A DNA stretch of 36,730 nucleotides from Hydrurus foetidus (lineage: Eukaryota). The notes beneath the pieces were generated by a model, which searched no databases, was not told where the DNA came from, and saw only the letters and a program-made list of their open reading frames with translations. The position numbers and the translations under genes were made by a program. Positions 21,539-35,074 of this stretch are shown piece by piece. The stretch spans positions 1 through 36,730 of the forward strand of contig UYFQ01000288.1 of NCBI GenBank assembly GCA_900617105.1, read 5' to 3'. The stretch's first letter is position 1. Each line of letters begins with the position of its first letter.

Positions 21539-23927
21539 TCATCCGAACATTTTATCTCGACAAACGTAAAAAAGAATGTACCTACATGTTTTGGACATTT
21601 TTTGGAACATTTCAGCAAATGCTGATAATTAAAATTGGAGAAGATTTTAATAGGACTTACCCTTCTGCATTAATGACGTCCTCCTCTGTTACGGTTGTGA
21701 TTGTTTCATCGTCACATCTGGTTGAAATCAAATTTGGTTATCGTGAAGAGAACATTTATTGAAGAAGTTGTGAAAGGTGACAGTTATCTTACTTTATCCA
21801 TGAAGTTCCATCCGATGAATTAGAATCGTTACTCATTGCAGCTACATACGAAACGTAATGTCCCTGGGTATGACAGTATAAGTGTTGTGAAATATGAAAA
21901 TCGTAGACTGATATCAAGAATCATTAAAAAGATCCATTTTGATACCTGAGTCAACGATCCTCGATGGCTTACTAGTCCTTGTAAATCGTATAGAAGTGAT
22001 GACGAACTTTGCGTGTGTGTATTACGAGTTCCAATTGGAATGCCTTGATTCCTTTGTGTGTGTGTAACTCCGGAGGTACTAATACTTTCAGGGCAATTGG
22101 TAATACTCTCGTTATCATTTTGCTTTCCAAATTTATTTTGGTGCGGATTTATCTGAGGCTGCATGAATGTTGAGAGGTCTAGATCCCTCAGGGGAAAATT
22201 GACTTTCGAACATATTTTTAGCTGTCTGAGAGAGTCAAATCGCTTGAAATGCAATATGAGCACTTTCGGAGCTGCTGACAAGGAAAGTTTCTTTCGACTC
22301 GGTCTATGCAGCTTACACCTCTCGCAGTGTACTAGTTCTGACAAGATTTCTTGTGAGGTAAAGTGCTGCAGGCACTGCATCAGAGTGATATCGCTATCGT
22401 TACCCGTATGATGCGCCTTTCTACTTTTACCAGGAGGTGTTGATGTTGGCAACTTTTCTCGATCTGTATCGGCTACCTCCTGACCGGTGCTTTCATCCAG
22501 ATGCTCGATGTAATCATTAGTCTGCACACTCCCTGCTGCAGCACGTGCCGCATCGCAATCGTTCGCATTAAACGCTGTCAGTGGCGATATATCTAAGCTA
22601 AGAGATATGTCCAAGAAACGTTCCAGTTTGTGTGAGCAGTAATTGCAATGCATGCACTGCAACTCCGACTGCATCCAACCAGCAAACACCTAGAATCAAA
22701 TGCGATACAGTCAGAGAAGAGTAAAAGATTAGATTACGGACAGACAATCTTTACAAATAATAAAAGAATTCAAGTTACCTCGTTGACAAATCCTCTTGAC
22801 CCTTTATTTGAGTTCCTGGGAGTGCCCCTTGGAGATTTCAACAATGAAGAGGGCGCGTGAAATCGAGGCGACTCCAGACTAAAACGAGGCAACGGACTTG
22901 ACACTCCATTAAACTGTAGAGAAATACCCTGAGATGGAGACTGAGTAGTTTTGGTGATTGAATTCTGCAGCTTTTCCGTTATGCTGTTACTCCTTGAAAG
23001 GTTGATCGAACCAGTACCGTTCGATTCATGGGGTGAAAGATGGCGAAGAAAGGAACAATTCTTTTCTCCATGATGCTTCTCTAGATGAGATCCAAGCCCA
23101 TCAAGCAGTGCAATAAGGAACTCATGCGCATCCTGTTGGTCATAGCCTGCCATATAATCAGCATGGCTCCAAACAGAGTACAACAAATTAGACGGAATGA
23201 TAGAACTTCTTTTCACCATTTTTGCTTTAGGATCACTTGTAGAAGCTGGGAAATCTTCCTCAACATCAAACAACCTTTTGAACTCGCAGGCTATGCATCC
23301 AGAACTTATGAGAGAACGTGATGATGAGCTCACAGCATCAGCACCAACTTCTCGATCTGCTGCATCATTCGGTAAACCTCCAGCAGCGCTGCTGCTGCCG
23401 ATCGTGGTCAAACTGGCCTCAGTGTCCTGTTTCCCCATGGTGCATGCATCAAATCCAGCTTTGGTGGGCTGCATTTGTCTTGAGAATAAAATGACTGAGT
23501 TATTTATCATTATCTGTAGCACTGAACCCATGAAGCAAGTTGCTCCCATATTAACGATCGCTCGAGGTTGCGGACGGTCCATCATGATTCTTTTTGAGTT
23601 GCGACACTCTACTGTGCTGAGGCTCCTCTTATCTCTCCTGCGGCCTATAAGCTGATCAAAATAGTCTGAGTATTGGTAGTCACCACAATGGCAACAGTAC
23701 AGCTCAAAGGGCTTCTGAATCCTGGCGTACAGAAAGTGCTGATGACTCAAAAAGTGCCCACGGAATTTGGCGTCATTTGAGACTCCGGATTGTCCGCATT
23801 CAATACAAATCATGTCATGAGTAGGATGTGAGACGCCAGCAAGATGAACTGACGAAGCAGCTTTCTCGATACAGAGAGCATCGATGTGAGCGCAACACAT
23901 GATGATATCACTTTCGACCTGCAGCAT
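21539..23927 (-). CDS. Ubiquitin-specific protease with N-terminal zf-UBP (USP22/Ubp8-like), 5 exons
   Basis: zf-UBP (CAH, CIEC, LYCCHCGDY), Cys box NMGATCFMGSVLQ, QQDAHEFL, LILHFKRF, His box GHY, WIKCDD and YILFY. Exons about 23927-22779, 22689-21946, 21863-21793, 21717-21661 and 21581-21539. Start may be 23900. Confidence 0.9.
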
Positions 23928-25080
23928 TTTCCAGCAGCGATACAATTGACGCAGCTGATGTCTCAGTATTTAATTTGAAGCTCGCTATAGTATAAGCTGC
24001 TACATCCTTGCACATTCAGCATTCAGCAGCACTTCAAAAAATTAAAAAAACCAGTACTGTACAGTACTTACGTAAATGTGACGTACATTCTGTTGTGCCA
24101 TGATCTCCCTGACGACATCTTTGAGGAAACACTGCGAAGAGGACTGATTCGGTTAGGAAAAGGAATCAAGGCTCTGAGGTATATTGCGTCGTTGAGACTT
24201 CAGTGCAATATCTTATGGAGCTGGGAATAGCACATCAACGAGTTTTGCAGCAACAAACTTGTGGCGGTTTCCGTGACCGGATTTTAATCATTAATTTAGC
24301 TGTTATTACACGGAAACTGTAGAACAGTTCTGAAACCCCAGTTCTTCAAGATTTTTGGCCTGGATTTTTTACGCACTCACTTAATATGCGGTTTCTCCTC
24401 ATCAAAACAATATCCTTCACGAAACTATGAAGGCTTCCTACGTGCAAATCAAGTGATAATTTACTTAGTTGTTATTCAAATGTTTTAAAGGGGTAGGGAA
24501 ATAGGTAGGTTTACAAGTCTTCAAGTGGTTAAAACATCATGATTGTATAGATTATTATGGGTACTTGATTTCAGACATACACTCCTTCGGTAACGAGTTC
24601 AGTTTTTATCTATGTTCATCGTTTACAATTTGAAAAAATTATGTAGCAACTACTCTCAGACAAGACATGCTATTATGACCTGCAGTTTGACTGCATTCAC
24701 TTTTGAAATACGAAAAATGATGGTGATGAAAAATGATGATGGTATTTAAAATCTTGCGAGTGTTTACAGGGCGAGGTTTCTGGGACAAAAATGACAACTA
24801 CAAATCCTGCACATATGATAACGCTTAAAGTGATTCACAGCCTGACTACTGGGCCTGAATGTGATTTGAACCGGTTGGTTCTCATCGCTACTGAAGCCAT
24901 TGACGGCACAAAGTTACGTTCTCAGCGCAAAGAGCAGAACAACTCGCACTCCCTCCTCAACAATGATTCTTTTAGACCTCTATTCAGAATCGGATGAAGG
25001 CTGAGAGGGAAAGGAAAAGAGCTCTGCGGGCACAATGTAAATGATTAAAATCAATGATGAAAACAATGATGAAAACCGAT

Positions 25081-28000
25081 CTAAGTCAGCAACTCCAACA
25101 TGACAAAAACATCATCTGCATCCTCATCATCACCCGCAGCAGCCTCAAGTGTCTGACCGACCTCAGGCCCTCTGCCCATCGCCTCATAGCGCAGTGCAGC
25201 ACCGCGTAACGTCTCTGCCCTACCAGACTGCAGCCACCCGTCTAATACAAGCAGTTTGTGCACTATAAGATACTTTACAGCCGACTGGTCAGTGGGCAGT
25301 GCTAGACGATACAGTGAGACGTCAGCAGCCTCCGTCACGAGGACCTTGACAGCATTGCGATACATGAAGGCTCCTTCATCTTCATCCCACACTGTCTCGA
25401 ACACCTCCTTAGACACTGGACATCTAGTGAAGTGCTCGTCAGCAGGCACCACGAATTCTTCCATGGGGGCCCCTGGGTCAGAACCCTGGGGTAACGGGTT
25501 TTGGTTTTTGTAATTACCCCCCGAACTGAGTGCGGAGAAATCTGTTACCCACTGGGTAACGGTGCAGTACCATTGTCGACACACACGTTCATTGAGCTGT
25601 TCTTGTTTCCGAGCTATGTCTTTTTTCGTTAAACAAGCGTCTGTGTGTTTAACTAATTCTGCCAATGTTTTAAATCTCATTCCGTCCTGTATTTATTTTC
25701 AAGCGAAGCATTAATTCAATGAGTGCGCATGTCAATTGTACACAGTTGTCATCTGCAGAAACAGTTATCACATCGTGAGCGCAATCCAATAATCATATGA
25801 TCCGAGCAGAACATGGAATTGCCGAACAGGAATAGAGAGAAACAATCAGATAAGGCGAGACTTACCTCCACATACTGATATTTTTGGCTTTTGTAAAGGT
25901 TGTAAATAGATGACGTGAATCTGTCCACGGGTGCTCTCTTCTCAAGATCGTCAGTTCTGTTGAAGATTAGAGAAGAGTAAGAGAGAGAGGCAGATAGAGG
26001 TTGGGGGAGAAAGTGTGTGAGGAAGGGAGGGAGAGAAGTAGGGAGAGAAAAAGAGATTAAGAAAGAGGGAGGGGAATAATGTTAAGAGTTTCCAGCATTA
26101 CTTACAGTAGGTGATTATATGTTGACAAGGTAATTCAGACACACTTGAAGCGAAAGCATCTTTTCAGGTATACGAGTGTAAGAAACAAAGCAATCTACCA
26201 AAACGGCAAATAAAGTATAGGAAATTTTTGTTTTTGAAATGATTTGGTCCGCCACAGACTGTTTTTGATAAATCAAGACGGGCGTCACTATACACAAAAT
26301 GACAAAAACATTTCACTTTATAAGGTGTTAGGAATGATGCATGGTGCAAACCTGAATCTTGGTTTTTGCAGCTTCTGCACAGGTTTCGAGGCGGCAGCAA
26401 TACTGTCAGCATTGGCCGTAAGGAATTCTTTTGACGGCTCAAGAGGAAGAGGTCCTAATGAACGCACAGGGTGTGTGGTGGGGCAGGTCGAGAGAGGACA
26501 AGAAAGGGAATCAGAGGAGAGGGAATGAGAGGAGATGACAGGTGAGGGGATGAGAGGAGAGGAGAAACAAAAAAGGGAGGAATAAGATAGTTTAGGGAGA
26601 ATTGGAGGAATGGCGGGTGGGGAAGAACGGCGCCGGACGGAATAGAGGGAATGGGAGGAAAGGAAAGAGTAGTGGTGGGAGGGAGAAAAGCGATGGAAAA
26701 GCGCTCTTGATAATCGCAACACATCACATCGAACAGGACATCGAAACAATCGCAGGAGCAACAAATCACAACCAGGACGCATAGCATCACATCACATCAA
26801 GAAGGAATCACATGCAAGGTAAGCAAGCTCACATCACATCGCATCGCAACATCGCAACACATCGCATCCCATCCCAACACATCGCATCACATCACATCAC
26901 ATCGCAGTGCATGGCATGGCATCACATCATCATAGCATCAGATCGCATCGCATCACATCACATCGCATCGCAGAGGCATTGAAGAGCAAGCCACGGGTTT
27001 CGTCTCCTGGTCAGTAGGGCTTACTAGGCTACAGTTTTTCAGACGGAACAATAGCTAGGGACAATTAAGTCATCGCCAGACATTCTAAACAATTCACCAC
27101 TCAGTATTAACGTCAATAGTACGCAGCACAAATAACAGATGTATGAAAATGCTCATACCGAATAGGATGGCGGGTAACTTCGGAGGTATATTTGCATTAT
27201 CGAGCAGCATTTGAAGTCGACTGGACACAAATCGAGTCGCAGCTGCCAAGCCCACTCTGCGCTTCTCGTCAGTCACTAGAAAGCACAACAGAAATAATGC
27301 AGATATTAGAATGAATTATGATTATTAGGTTGCACTTCACTGGCCAATACAATTTAGCATCTTAAAATATCACCATTCTAGCCTCAACGCAACGCAACGC
27401 AACGCAACGCAACGCAATTTAATGTAAGGTACTGCAATGCAATACAGTAGAGAGTTTGAGCAAACGGATATATACGGCTGGAACCCCAGAGTTCGGGAGT
27501 TTATCCCCTTCAAATTTAGAATTTCCGCCTCAAATCGACGGATCTCGGATACTTAATTTCCGAGATCTCGGATATGTCCGGGATATTACCGTTTGCGCAA
27601 ACACTCTAATACATATAATACAATGCGCTACGATACAACAGAACACAATATTACCATCGAATAAACTTTCTGCATCCGATATGGTCTTCGCATATTTCTC
27701 AGTTGCCAATAACTGCTTCAAAAGACACTCAGCTCTCCCCAAATCCAACACCACTGGTGCCTCTGCTATGAAGGCGTTCACCAGGGACCCCCGTCCCTTT
27801 ATCCCCTCATTTATCTGCCCTTTAGGAGGCATATATGATCCCAAACCAGAGGAGGAGCGGAGGGAGAGTTTTCTTTCATTATTAGACTCTATAGTTGAAG
27901 CAGAGCCTGTAGCTGTTGATTCGACACCTCCCCTACCCTGCACCCCTCCAGTCTTGACATTCCCTCTGTCATTTACATTTATATTTACATTGGAATTTGC

Positions 28001-29505
28001 ATTTACAGTGGCTTCAGCAGCTGTTCTCATCTGGGCGTACAGCTCAGGGTTAGCTACTGCCAGTTGGTCAAGCGGTATCGTCTGCTGTGCATTCATGTCC
28101 ACGTACATTTGTCGCAGTAATCCTTCCATCTCTATCTCAACAGATCGAGCAAATGTCATGGGGGTGTCGCCTCGGCCCGCCCCAGCTCTCCCCCTGTCAG
28201 CGGACCTCCTATCCCTACTACTGTTATCCCTGTTATTATTATCCCTGTTATTATTATCCCTGTTATTATCTCTACTATTAGCTCTGTTATTATCCCTGAT
28301 ATTGTCTCGACTATTATCCCTGTTGTCTCTGTTGTTATTAATTCTATTAGGCGGGAAATGCTCTTGTGATCTCTGTCTGTCTCTGCTATCCCTTCCTCTA
28401 TCCCTGTCTCTATCTCTGTCCCTGCTGTCTCTCCCTCTGTCCCTGTCGAGAGGCTCATCTTCTCTCGGCCTCTTGAATTGCTGCTGATGCTGCTGTGGCT
28501 GGGAATCATATCTCCTCTGACCTTGATTCTGATTCTGTTGTTGATTCTGGTTTTGTTGTTGATTTCGTCCTTGAAGTTGCTGGTTCTCATTATGATTGTT
28601 ATTCTGCCCTGGACCTTGCTGTCTGCGTACATTATTGTTCCGATTCGGAGACACTCCTCTTGCATCTCTACCATCATAGCGCTGACCCTGTTGTCGTTGT
28701 TGTTGCTGTTGTTGTGCTTGCTGCTGCTGCTGCTGGCGCTGCTCATCTTCCTGTTGCCTACGTTGTTGATGTTGAAGTTGTTGTTGTTGTTGCTGCTGCA
28801 TATCTTGCTGCTGCCTCTGTATTTGTTGCTGCTGCACCGAAGGAGTTGCTGCCAAAATTGCGGCTATCCGTTGCTGGTTTATAAAAGTAGAGTAATCTTG
28901 AGAAGCTCTCCCCATCACAATATAAGGAGTAAAAGTAGAAGTTATCTCACTCACCGCTTCTCGGACTCTCGAGTCAGCAGTAGCATGCATCATCTCCGCT
29001 GCAGCAATAGCTGCTCTCTTTGCTTCAACTATGCCTCTCATCTTCAGTAGTAATTCGGGACTTAACATTCGACGTTCCTCCCAGGTGACTAAAAGAAAAT
29101 CGAGCCGTTCCTTCTCTTTGAAAGGCAGCTAGGAAACATCATGAAGCGTTGTTAGATAATCTCGGATTAAATTACACCGGGACAAACGGCAGGAAATGCC
29201 CCATCGACTACCTCTTCAAATGCTCTTTTAAAAACTTCTGCCAAATGCCTACTAAACAAAGCTGGATAAGGTCCTCCGACATGTTTCATGACGGCATCAA
29301 TCAAATAAAATATTGGGAGCTTGTGGTTAATATCGGTTGCGGGATCTATGATCCTGGCAACAATCATATCAGACAGATGAACAGAGATGGCGATGTTTCT
29401 CTCGCAGAATGCAGTCAGATCAAGAATAATGTTTTTGTCTGGCCATGTTAAACGAACGTATTTGCCCTCAAACTCTGCGAGGAGGGCATCCACAACAGCT
29501 GACAT
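25081..29505 (-). CDS. PCF11: PCF11-like pre-mRNA cleavage/polyadenylation and termination factor, multi-exon
   Basis: N-terminal CID (KLPIFYLIDAVMKHVGGPY), Q-rich and RD/RDNN low-complexity middle, and C-terminal GMRF...RQWY...W and CPVSKEVFETVWDEDEG...YRNAV. Clear introns at 29129-29211 and 25687-25865. Internal exons between 26.0 and 27.6 kb are only partly resolved. Confidence 0.85.
26779..26972. repeat. Intronic pentanucleotide repeat (CATCA/CATCG)n
   Basis: Visible degenerate tandem CATC(A/G) units. Confidence 0.9.
27385..27417. repeat. Intronic microsatellite (CAACG)6
   Basis: Perfect tandem array. Confidence 0.95.
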
Positions 29506-29620
29506 GGCCGATGAGAATTATCCACTGCGATCAAACGAGACACTCGAAGGATGACTGTCTGGTACCTGATATTGGGGTACAGTATATCCTATGACAACTA
29601 AAAACTAATAATTTTCATTA

Positions 29621-31258
29621 CCGTCTCCGACCATATGTTTTCCAAGAATACGGGAAATCGGCCTCATACCGATCCAAGTTCTATACCTACCCTAGCATAC
29701 CTCAACTTTGCATTGTTCTGGCAAGATATCACTCAACTGACCATGTCTGAGAAGATTTGAGGTATCTTTAGACGCAGGTTGCACTGTTCTCTAGGTTGCT
29801 GTAGCAACTTTTTAATTCATCGAAAATTAATGATAATCCGCTGAGATAGCGGAAACCTCTCAAAATCGCGTTTACTGACCAAATTCCATCAATTTTTCTG
29901 CAACAGATTGAAAGAAACCAAGTGCAATCGATTTCAATATGTTGTAAAAATCAGATTCCATAAAGTGCGCCCACCAAGGTATTTTTTCCGATTCATCTGA
30001 AAATCATTGCGCAAGAAAGTTGCAGATGATGCCTTTGCGTAGCGAATTCAGCGCTTTTTAATCTACCTCTAATTGCCCTCTATCGATCTCATTCGGTCCC
30101 GATAGTGATGTTGCGGGCGTGGCTTCGTTCAACTTTGATTTTTTTTACCGTAGATAAGCGCACCATGTTTATTTCAGTAATTTCTTAAGAAATGTCATTA
30201 TCCATGAGCTCTGAATTTTTCCTGCGCACATTACAAGTCTATAAGAAGCCCCGGATCGAAGAGGGGAATCAAATGAAATGGTGGCAGCCATGGAATGCTC
30301 AGAAATGTGAATTCTGCCCGAAATTCGTCGAGAGAGGAGAGGAAGGAGAATTGAAATACAGATTCATTAATTACAGTTGATGTCAACAGCTCATGAAGCA
30401 AAGAGACAGTACATCAAGAGGGAATCTAACGAGAAGCGATCAAATGAAAAGATGCGCGATGGATTTGCCGCCCGCATAACATGAGGTGGGTGGCATGACT
30501 CCTGCACTAGCGCACATCTGACCTGGCGAATCATCAGTATCTGCGAGAGATACATGAAAAAAAATTGCCAGGGCTTCGCCTAGTGTCAGATATGGCTTTG
30601 TTAGTCGGGATTCAGTCAGGAAGCAAAATTTAATCATAGTTCATCGGAGATAAAGATTTGTGGTAGGTAATCGGACACACATCAAAGATGCGACATTGTA
30701 AACAATATTGTGTCCTGCAGGTAGCAGGCTGTGACAGTGGTCTGCAGGGATAATACTTGTTGATTGATGCCCTGCCGTTAAGAGCAAAGGACCTTCTAGC
30801 TCCGCACTTGAAGCTGTGCAAAATGATCATGCCTGAGATTTGACACGATCTCGTAAATTAGACATTTAGAATCAGAGAGAGCGCCAATCTGGGCACAGTT
30901 GACTGATTCTAATGCTAAAATAGATTTCTGAACGTAAACTAGAGCTAAAAGGACAATCGAATAGGCAGAAGTCACAATATCGATCTCCTCACCTAATCGC
31001 TGTTGATAAAGACGACTTCTTGCGAACCGATTTCCAACAGAAGTTTTCCTCAGATCCCGACGTTGTGCTCGCCGATGACTAACTACAGCGAAGCAATCAC
31101 TTTGCACGACTCAGAAGTCGATTACGTCGGCAACTGATGATGCTGTTGTATTGTGAGTGCGAAGGTGTGTTTTAGGCAGTATGTTCATCAGAGGACAGAA
31201 AGAAGCCCGATTTCCCGTATCTACACTCAAACAAAATAAAACATATGGTCGGAGACGG
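29621..31258. mobile_element. Non-autonomous TIR DNA transposon (1638 bp) with TA TSD, Tc1/mariner/pogo-like ends
   Basis: Perfect 21-bp TIR CCGTCTCCGACCATATGTTTT at 29621-29641 and 31238-31258, with TA on both sides. A second inverted 14-mer ATACGGGAAATCGG lies at 29648-29661 and 31207-31220. Confidence 0.88.
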
Positions 31259-31603
31259 TACAGGCTGAAGACACCACCAAGAATGTTGGAATATATCCGG
31301 ATTAGACTATAGAATCGATCTTGGGGAGCAGCCAACCAACGAGGCCAAAGTCCAGGCCAAAATATAGTGCTGCATTTACAGTACGATACCGTCGAGTGCC
31401 CTTCGTTTTATTTTCCGTAACACTGCCATTATACGGAATATGTCAACATCCAAACTGGCGAAAAAGCGGCGAAGATAAAGCGTCTTTTCATGCCACTTTT
31501 TGCTGACGAGATTATACGAACAATGTCGACCTTCCAAATAATGACAGATAGAAGTAGATGTTCGAACTCGATCGAAGAGACTTCATACGATAACTAAAGC
31601 AAC

Positions 31604-33065
31604 ATGCTGTCTCTCGAACCAAACGTTTCTCCAAAACGGAAGCTGCTATGGGAGTCTGATGAGGATACGGAGGAAATCTCTTTCGAATTCAACAGCGGGG
31701 AGCTGAAAAGGAAGAGATTGCTGGTTGGTTTGGCATTTTTTTCAATACTGTCTTTGGAGGGCGATGATGTTCTTGGTGTCCGTGGTCAAGTTAGAACGGG
31801 CAACAAGCACCGGGACAGGAGCCGCATTATTGCTTGCTCCAAGGAAATAGATGACGTCATGTTTAGGAGACAAATTCGATAACATCGTATTGATTTCCAT
31901 GATGTGCTACTGAAGATAAATGTGGATTTGGATAAATCGGTTTTGCAATCCGGCAACAGTTCTGGTTCAGCGGTGTCTCCATACTTGATGTTAATGATAA
32001 CACTTCGTATCCTTGCCGGTGCATCGTATCTTGACATGATTCATTATCATGTTCATGTTGATTCAATATCGAGGATAGTCTGGCAAACTGTAGAATCAGT
32101 TCATAGGAGAATAGATAACATCAAAGTGGCGAGGAGTGATAGTGAATGCAAAGCTTTGGCTACCGAATGGTCGGAAATACAGCTGAGGCGATGGGGAACA
32201 TACGTAGCTGTGGGAACTATTTATGCTGGTGACGGCCTTGTTCTTGAAATCCAGCAACCGTCCTTGAAGGAGCTTAGAGGTCGATCTATTTCCATTTTTA
32301 GAAACAGGAAAGGTTTCTGGGGTCTGGTAGCTCAGGGATTCTGCGATACGTATACAAGATTCAGCGTTCTTGATGTGAAATGGCCAGTAGGTACCAACGA
32401 CAAAGTGGCGTATAGAATGTCAGATCTTTGTCATCTAGCGATGAATGGACACTTCCCAGAATGGGTCTCATTTGTTCTTGACGAAGCATACTCCTCTCTC
32501 GGTGGAATGCATTCGACTCCGTATTCAAGTGGCCAACTGAAGTAAGTAAAGAATAAATCCATGTGTAAACCGTTGAATTGTTTTCTGAATTACTTCCATA
32601 TTATTGTAGGTTCATGAAATCCGGGAATCCTACGCAGTACATGAAACTGATAGCTTTTAACAATATTTTGTCCTCGCAAAGGATTACAATCGAACGCGCA
32701 TTCGGCAATTTAGTTCGCCGATGGGGCATACTGTGCGTCCAATCGCCTTTAAAATGAAAAAAGTATCAAAGATAGTAAGAGTGTGTGCTATGTTGCATAA
32801 CATATGTGTAGATAGATGGAAAATAATCAATCCAATCAAATATGGTGATCGTGGGCAGCGATGGCCTGATGATATTCCCGACAGTATCACTGGTGATTCC
32901 ATATTTCCAGAAGAGAAAGAAATCATCAAGAGATTGCATGATAATTATATAGTAGAACGAAAAAGGAATGTCAATCAAGGATTGCGATCCTGTATAACTG
33001 AGGATATTTACGATGCTGGATTACGAGCAAATCGCGATACTGAGCATTTACCTATTCCACGCTAA
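31604..33065 (+). pseudogene. PIF/Harbinger DDE transposase, disrupted
   Basis: Motifs LRILAGASYLD, AGDG, FRNRKG, GTND, LDEAY, RITIERAFG and CAMLHN. Intron at 32542-32609. In-frame TAA at 31880-31882 and a frameshift near 32735. Confidence 0.9.
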
Positions 33066-33118
33066 TATCAAAGGCGCAAGATTCTATTCAGATTTTAATT
33101 GACTATTCATAAAATTGA

Positions 33119-35074
33119 TTACAGCTGCATCAATCTTCTTAATTTCTGCTTCAACAGTGCAATATCTTCGGCTGTGTAAATATCATCACGTTGCAGATGC
33201 GTCAGTTGACTGGTCAGTCTTTCAACTTCGAGAGACGTTGTCTTTGCTTTTTCTGTCTCTGATGTTGCGTAGTTTTTTGCGATCATGGAGTCATTCAAAG
33301 AAGCGCTTGAGTTGCCACCTGTGCTCACTGAATCAGGTGACATGATTGATCGAAAGAGACCGATTTGCTTCTCCGAAAATATGTTACGCTGTTTTTCTTC
33401 TCTTTCTCTCGCGGATTTTTATCTTCTTGAATACTCTGTCTCACTGCTCTGCGGTTCTTCTTTGATCGCATCGTCACCATTTTCATCCTCCATCAAGACT
33501 GGTTCCATAAAGTCTAAATCCTTGTCTCTCAGCACCAAATAGTAGAAGAATAGGTTGGCATCTTTCGTGTGACTATCTCCTGTACGCTCGTAGGCAGCAT
33601 TAATCAAGTCCGTATGGGAGGAGTGGAATCCACTCTTCGCCAGTTTTGCCAGGAGACCGTTGAAAGAACTCCTCATTTTCGTATTTAAGGCTTTCAGTTG
33701 TTCGCCTCTCGTCAGAGACGGTGTATCACAAAAAACCCCATTGCTTGGATTTATGTCACCAACAATATAACCCTCATAATTTTCAATTGCTAACTCCGCA
33801 TAGCTATTGCTGTATAAAGCTCTTTTCTGCATAATTAGATCTACAAGCTCACTCCACTTTGCTATAGACAATGCTGGGGCTCCAATATCCAACACCTCTA
33901 TTAGCATGTGGTAATAAAGATAAAGACTTTATATGGTGACGTGATGAGGTATGTTAAAGAATATGCTTTCTACTCGGTTCTTACCTGGTCTAGCCTTAGC
34001 TTCTATCGGTTTCGCTCGATGTTGCAAATATTGAATCAGGTCTGGGTCAGCAATAGCACATGCCAGAAGTGCTACCCTATCGCAAACGCGTCCATTGCTC
34101 AAATGACTCACGGTTGAAAACGGTACGAGTTCTACCACACGCTTCTTCTGTTTCTTATCCACATTGATGCCCTCAAGTATGCCTTTCGTAACTGTACTCC
34201 ATTGAGTGCTACCAAATTTCAGTTCAGTTATGGTTTTCTCAATTTTTTCTTTAAAACTTTTCAGTTTAGTGCATTTAGATTCTTTCCCCCACTTGCAAGA
34301 ACTGTCCTCTTAATTTATCAGTTTGAGAGACTCAAGAGTCTTTACGATTCTGTTCATCGTCAAAGAAAGACCGAATTTCTGTCCAGAATTTGACAGCATC
34401 TTCAGGGACTCAATGATATCATAACCACTCCTTGCCAGATGGAGCACCTTAGAGAATTTGGCGCATTTCTCCTCATCAGTCACAACTACGATTGTATCGT
34501 CTATTTCAAGGATATCGGCATCGATACAAATTTCTCCAAATGCTTCCGAGTCCAGCGACTGATTTTCATTCGATGCCGACCTGATCTCATTCTCTGAATC
34601 AGAGCTGTATGCATCTTCTACAGCTTTCCTCTTGCTCATTCTCCAGAAAAAGGAGTTGATGAAAGTGTCGGTGTCTTCATGCGTAATTGCGGAAGCAACG
34701 ACAACAAAAGCCTCGTGTACGGGAGTGAGCAGTGTGATGAATGATCACTTGTTGATTCCGCTTTTGGGACAAGTCAGACCGAAAGTAACATCCGAGACAG
34801 CTACATTAAACTGCAGCTGATTAGCTGTAACATTCTTCGGCAACCAATCTGGATCATGAAAACTAATGGCTTTGATTGTTACGTTTTCATTGTCGTAAAG
34901 AGTACGATGGGGAAGTGACTGATCGACGATTTCGCGCAAAAACTCTTCGAGAGATTCTGAGCTATTTGTTGACGTGAATCCCGAAACTTTCTTCGCACTC
35001 AAGATCATATTTTTGGTGAATGATTTCTCGGGGGCACAGAGTTGACCTATAGAATACCAACAATTTCTTAGTGT
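33119..35074 (-). pseudogene. Fragmented accessory gene of the second Harbinger, cut by the Gypsy insertion
   Basis: Chain of minus-strand ORF fragments (34745-35074, 34310-34639, 33929-34162, 33419-33907, 33119-33343) convergent with the transposase. The first two are in the same frame across a TGA. Coding-like sequence stops at the LTR edge. Confidence 0.55.

Noticed and set aside
24715..25075. ATGATGA motifs as C/D box snoRNA
   Set aside because: Low-complexity ATG/A repeats antisense to the PCF11 3' region, with no terminal stem or guide identified.
27456..29050. Long Leu-rich plus-strand ORFs (343 aa, 190 aa)
   Set aside because: Antisense shadows of the Q/N/RD low-complexity region of PCF11.
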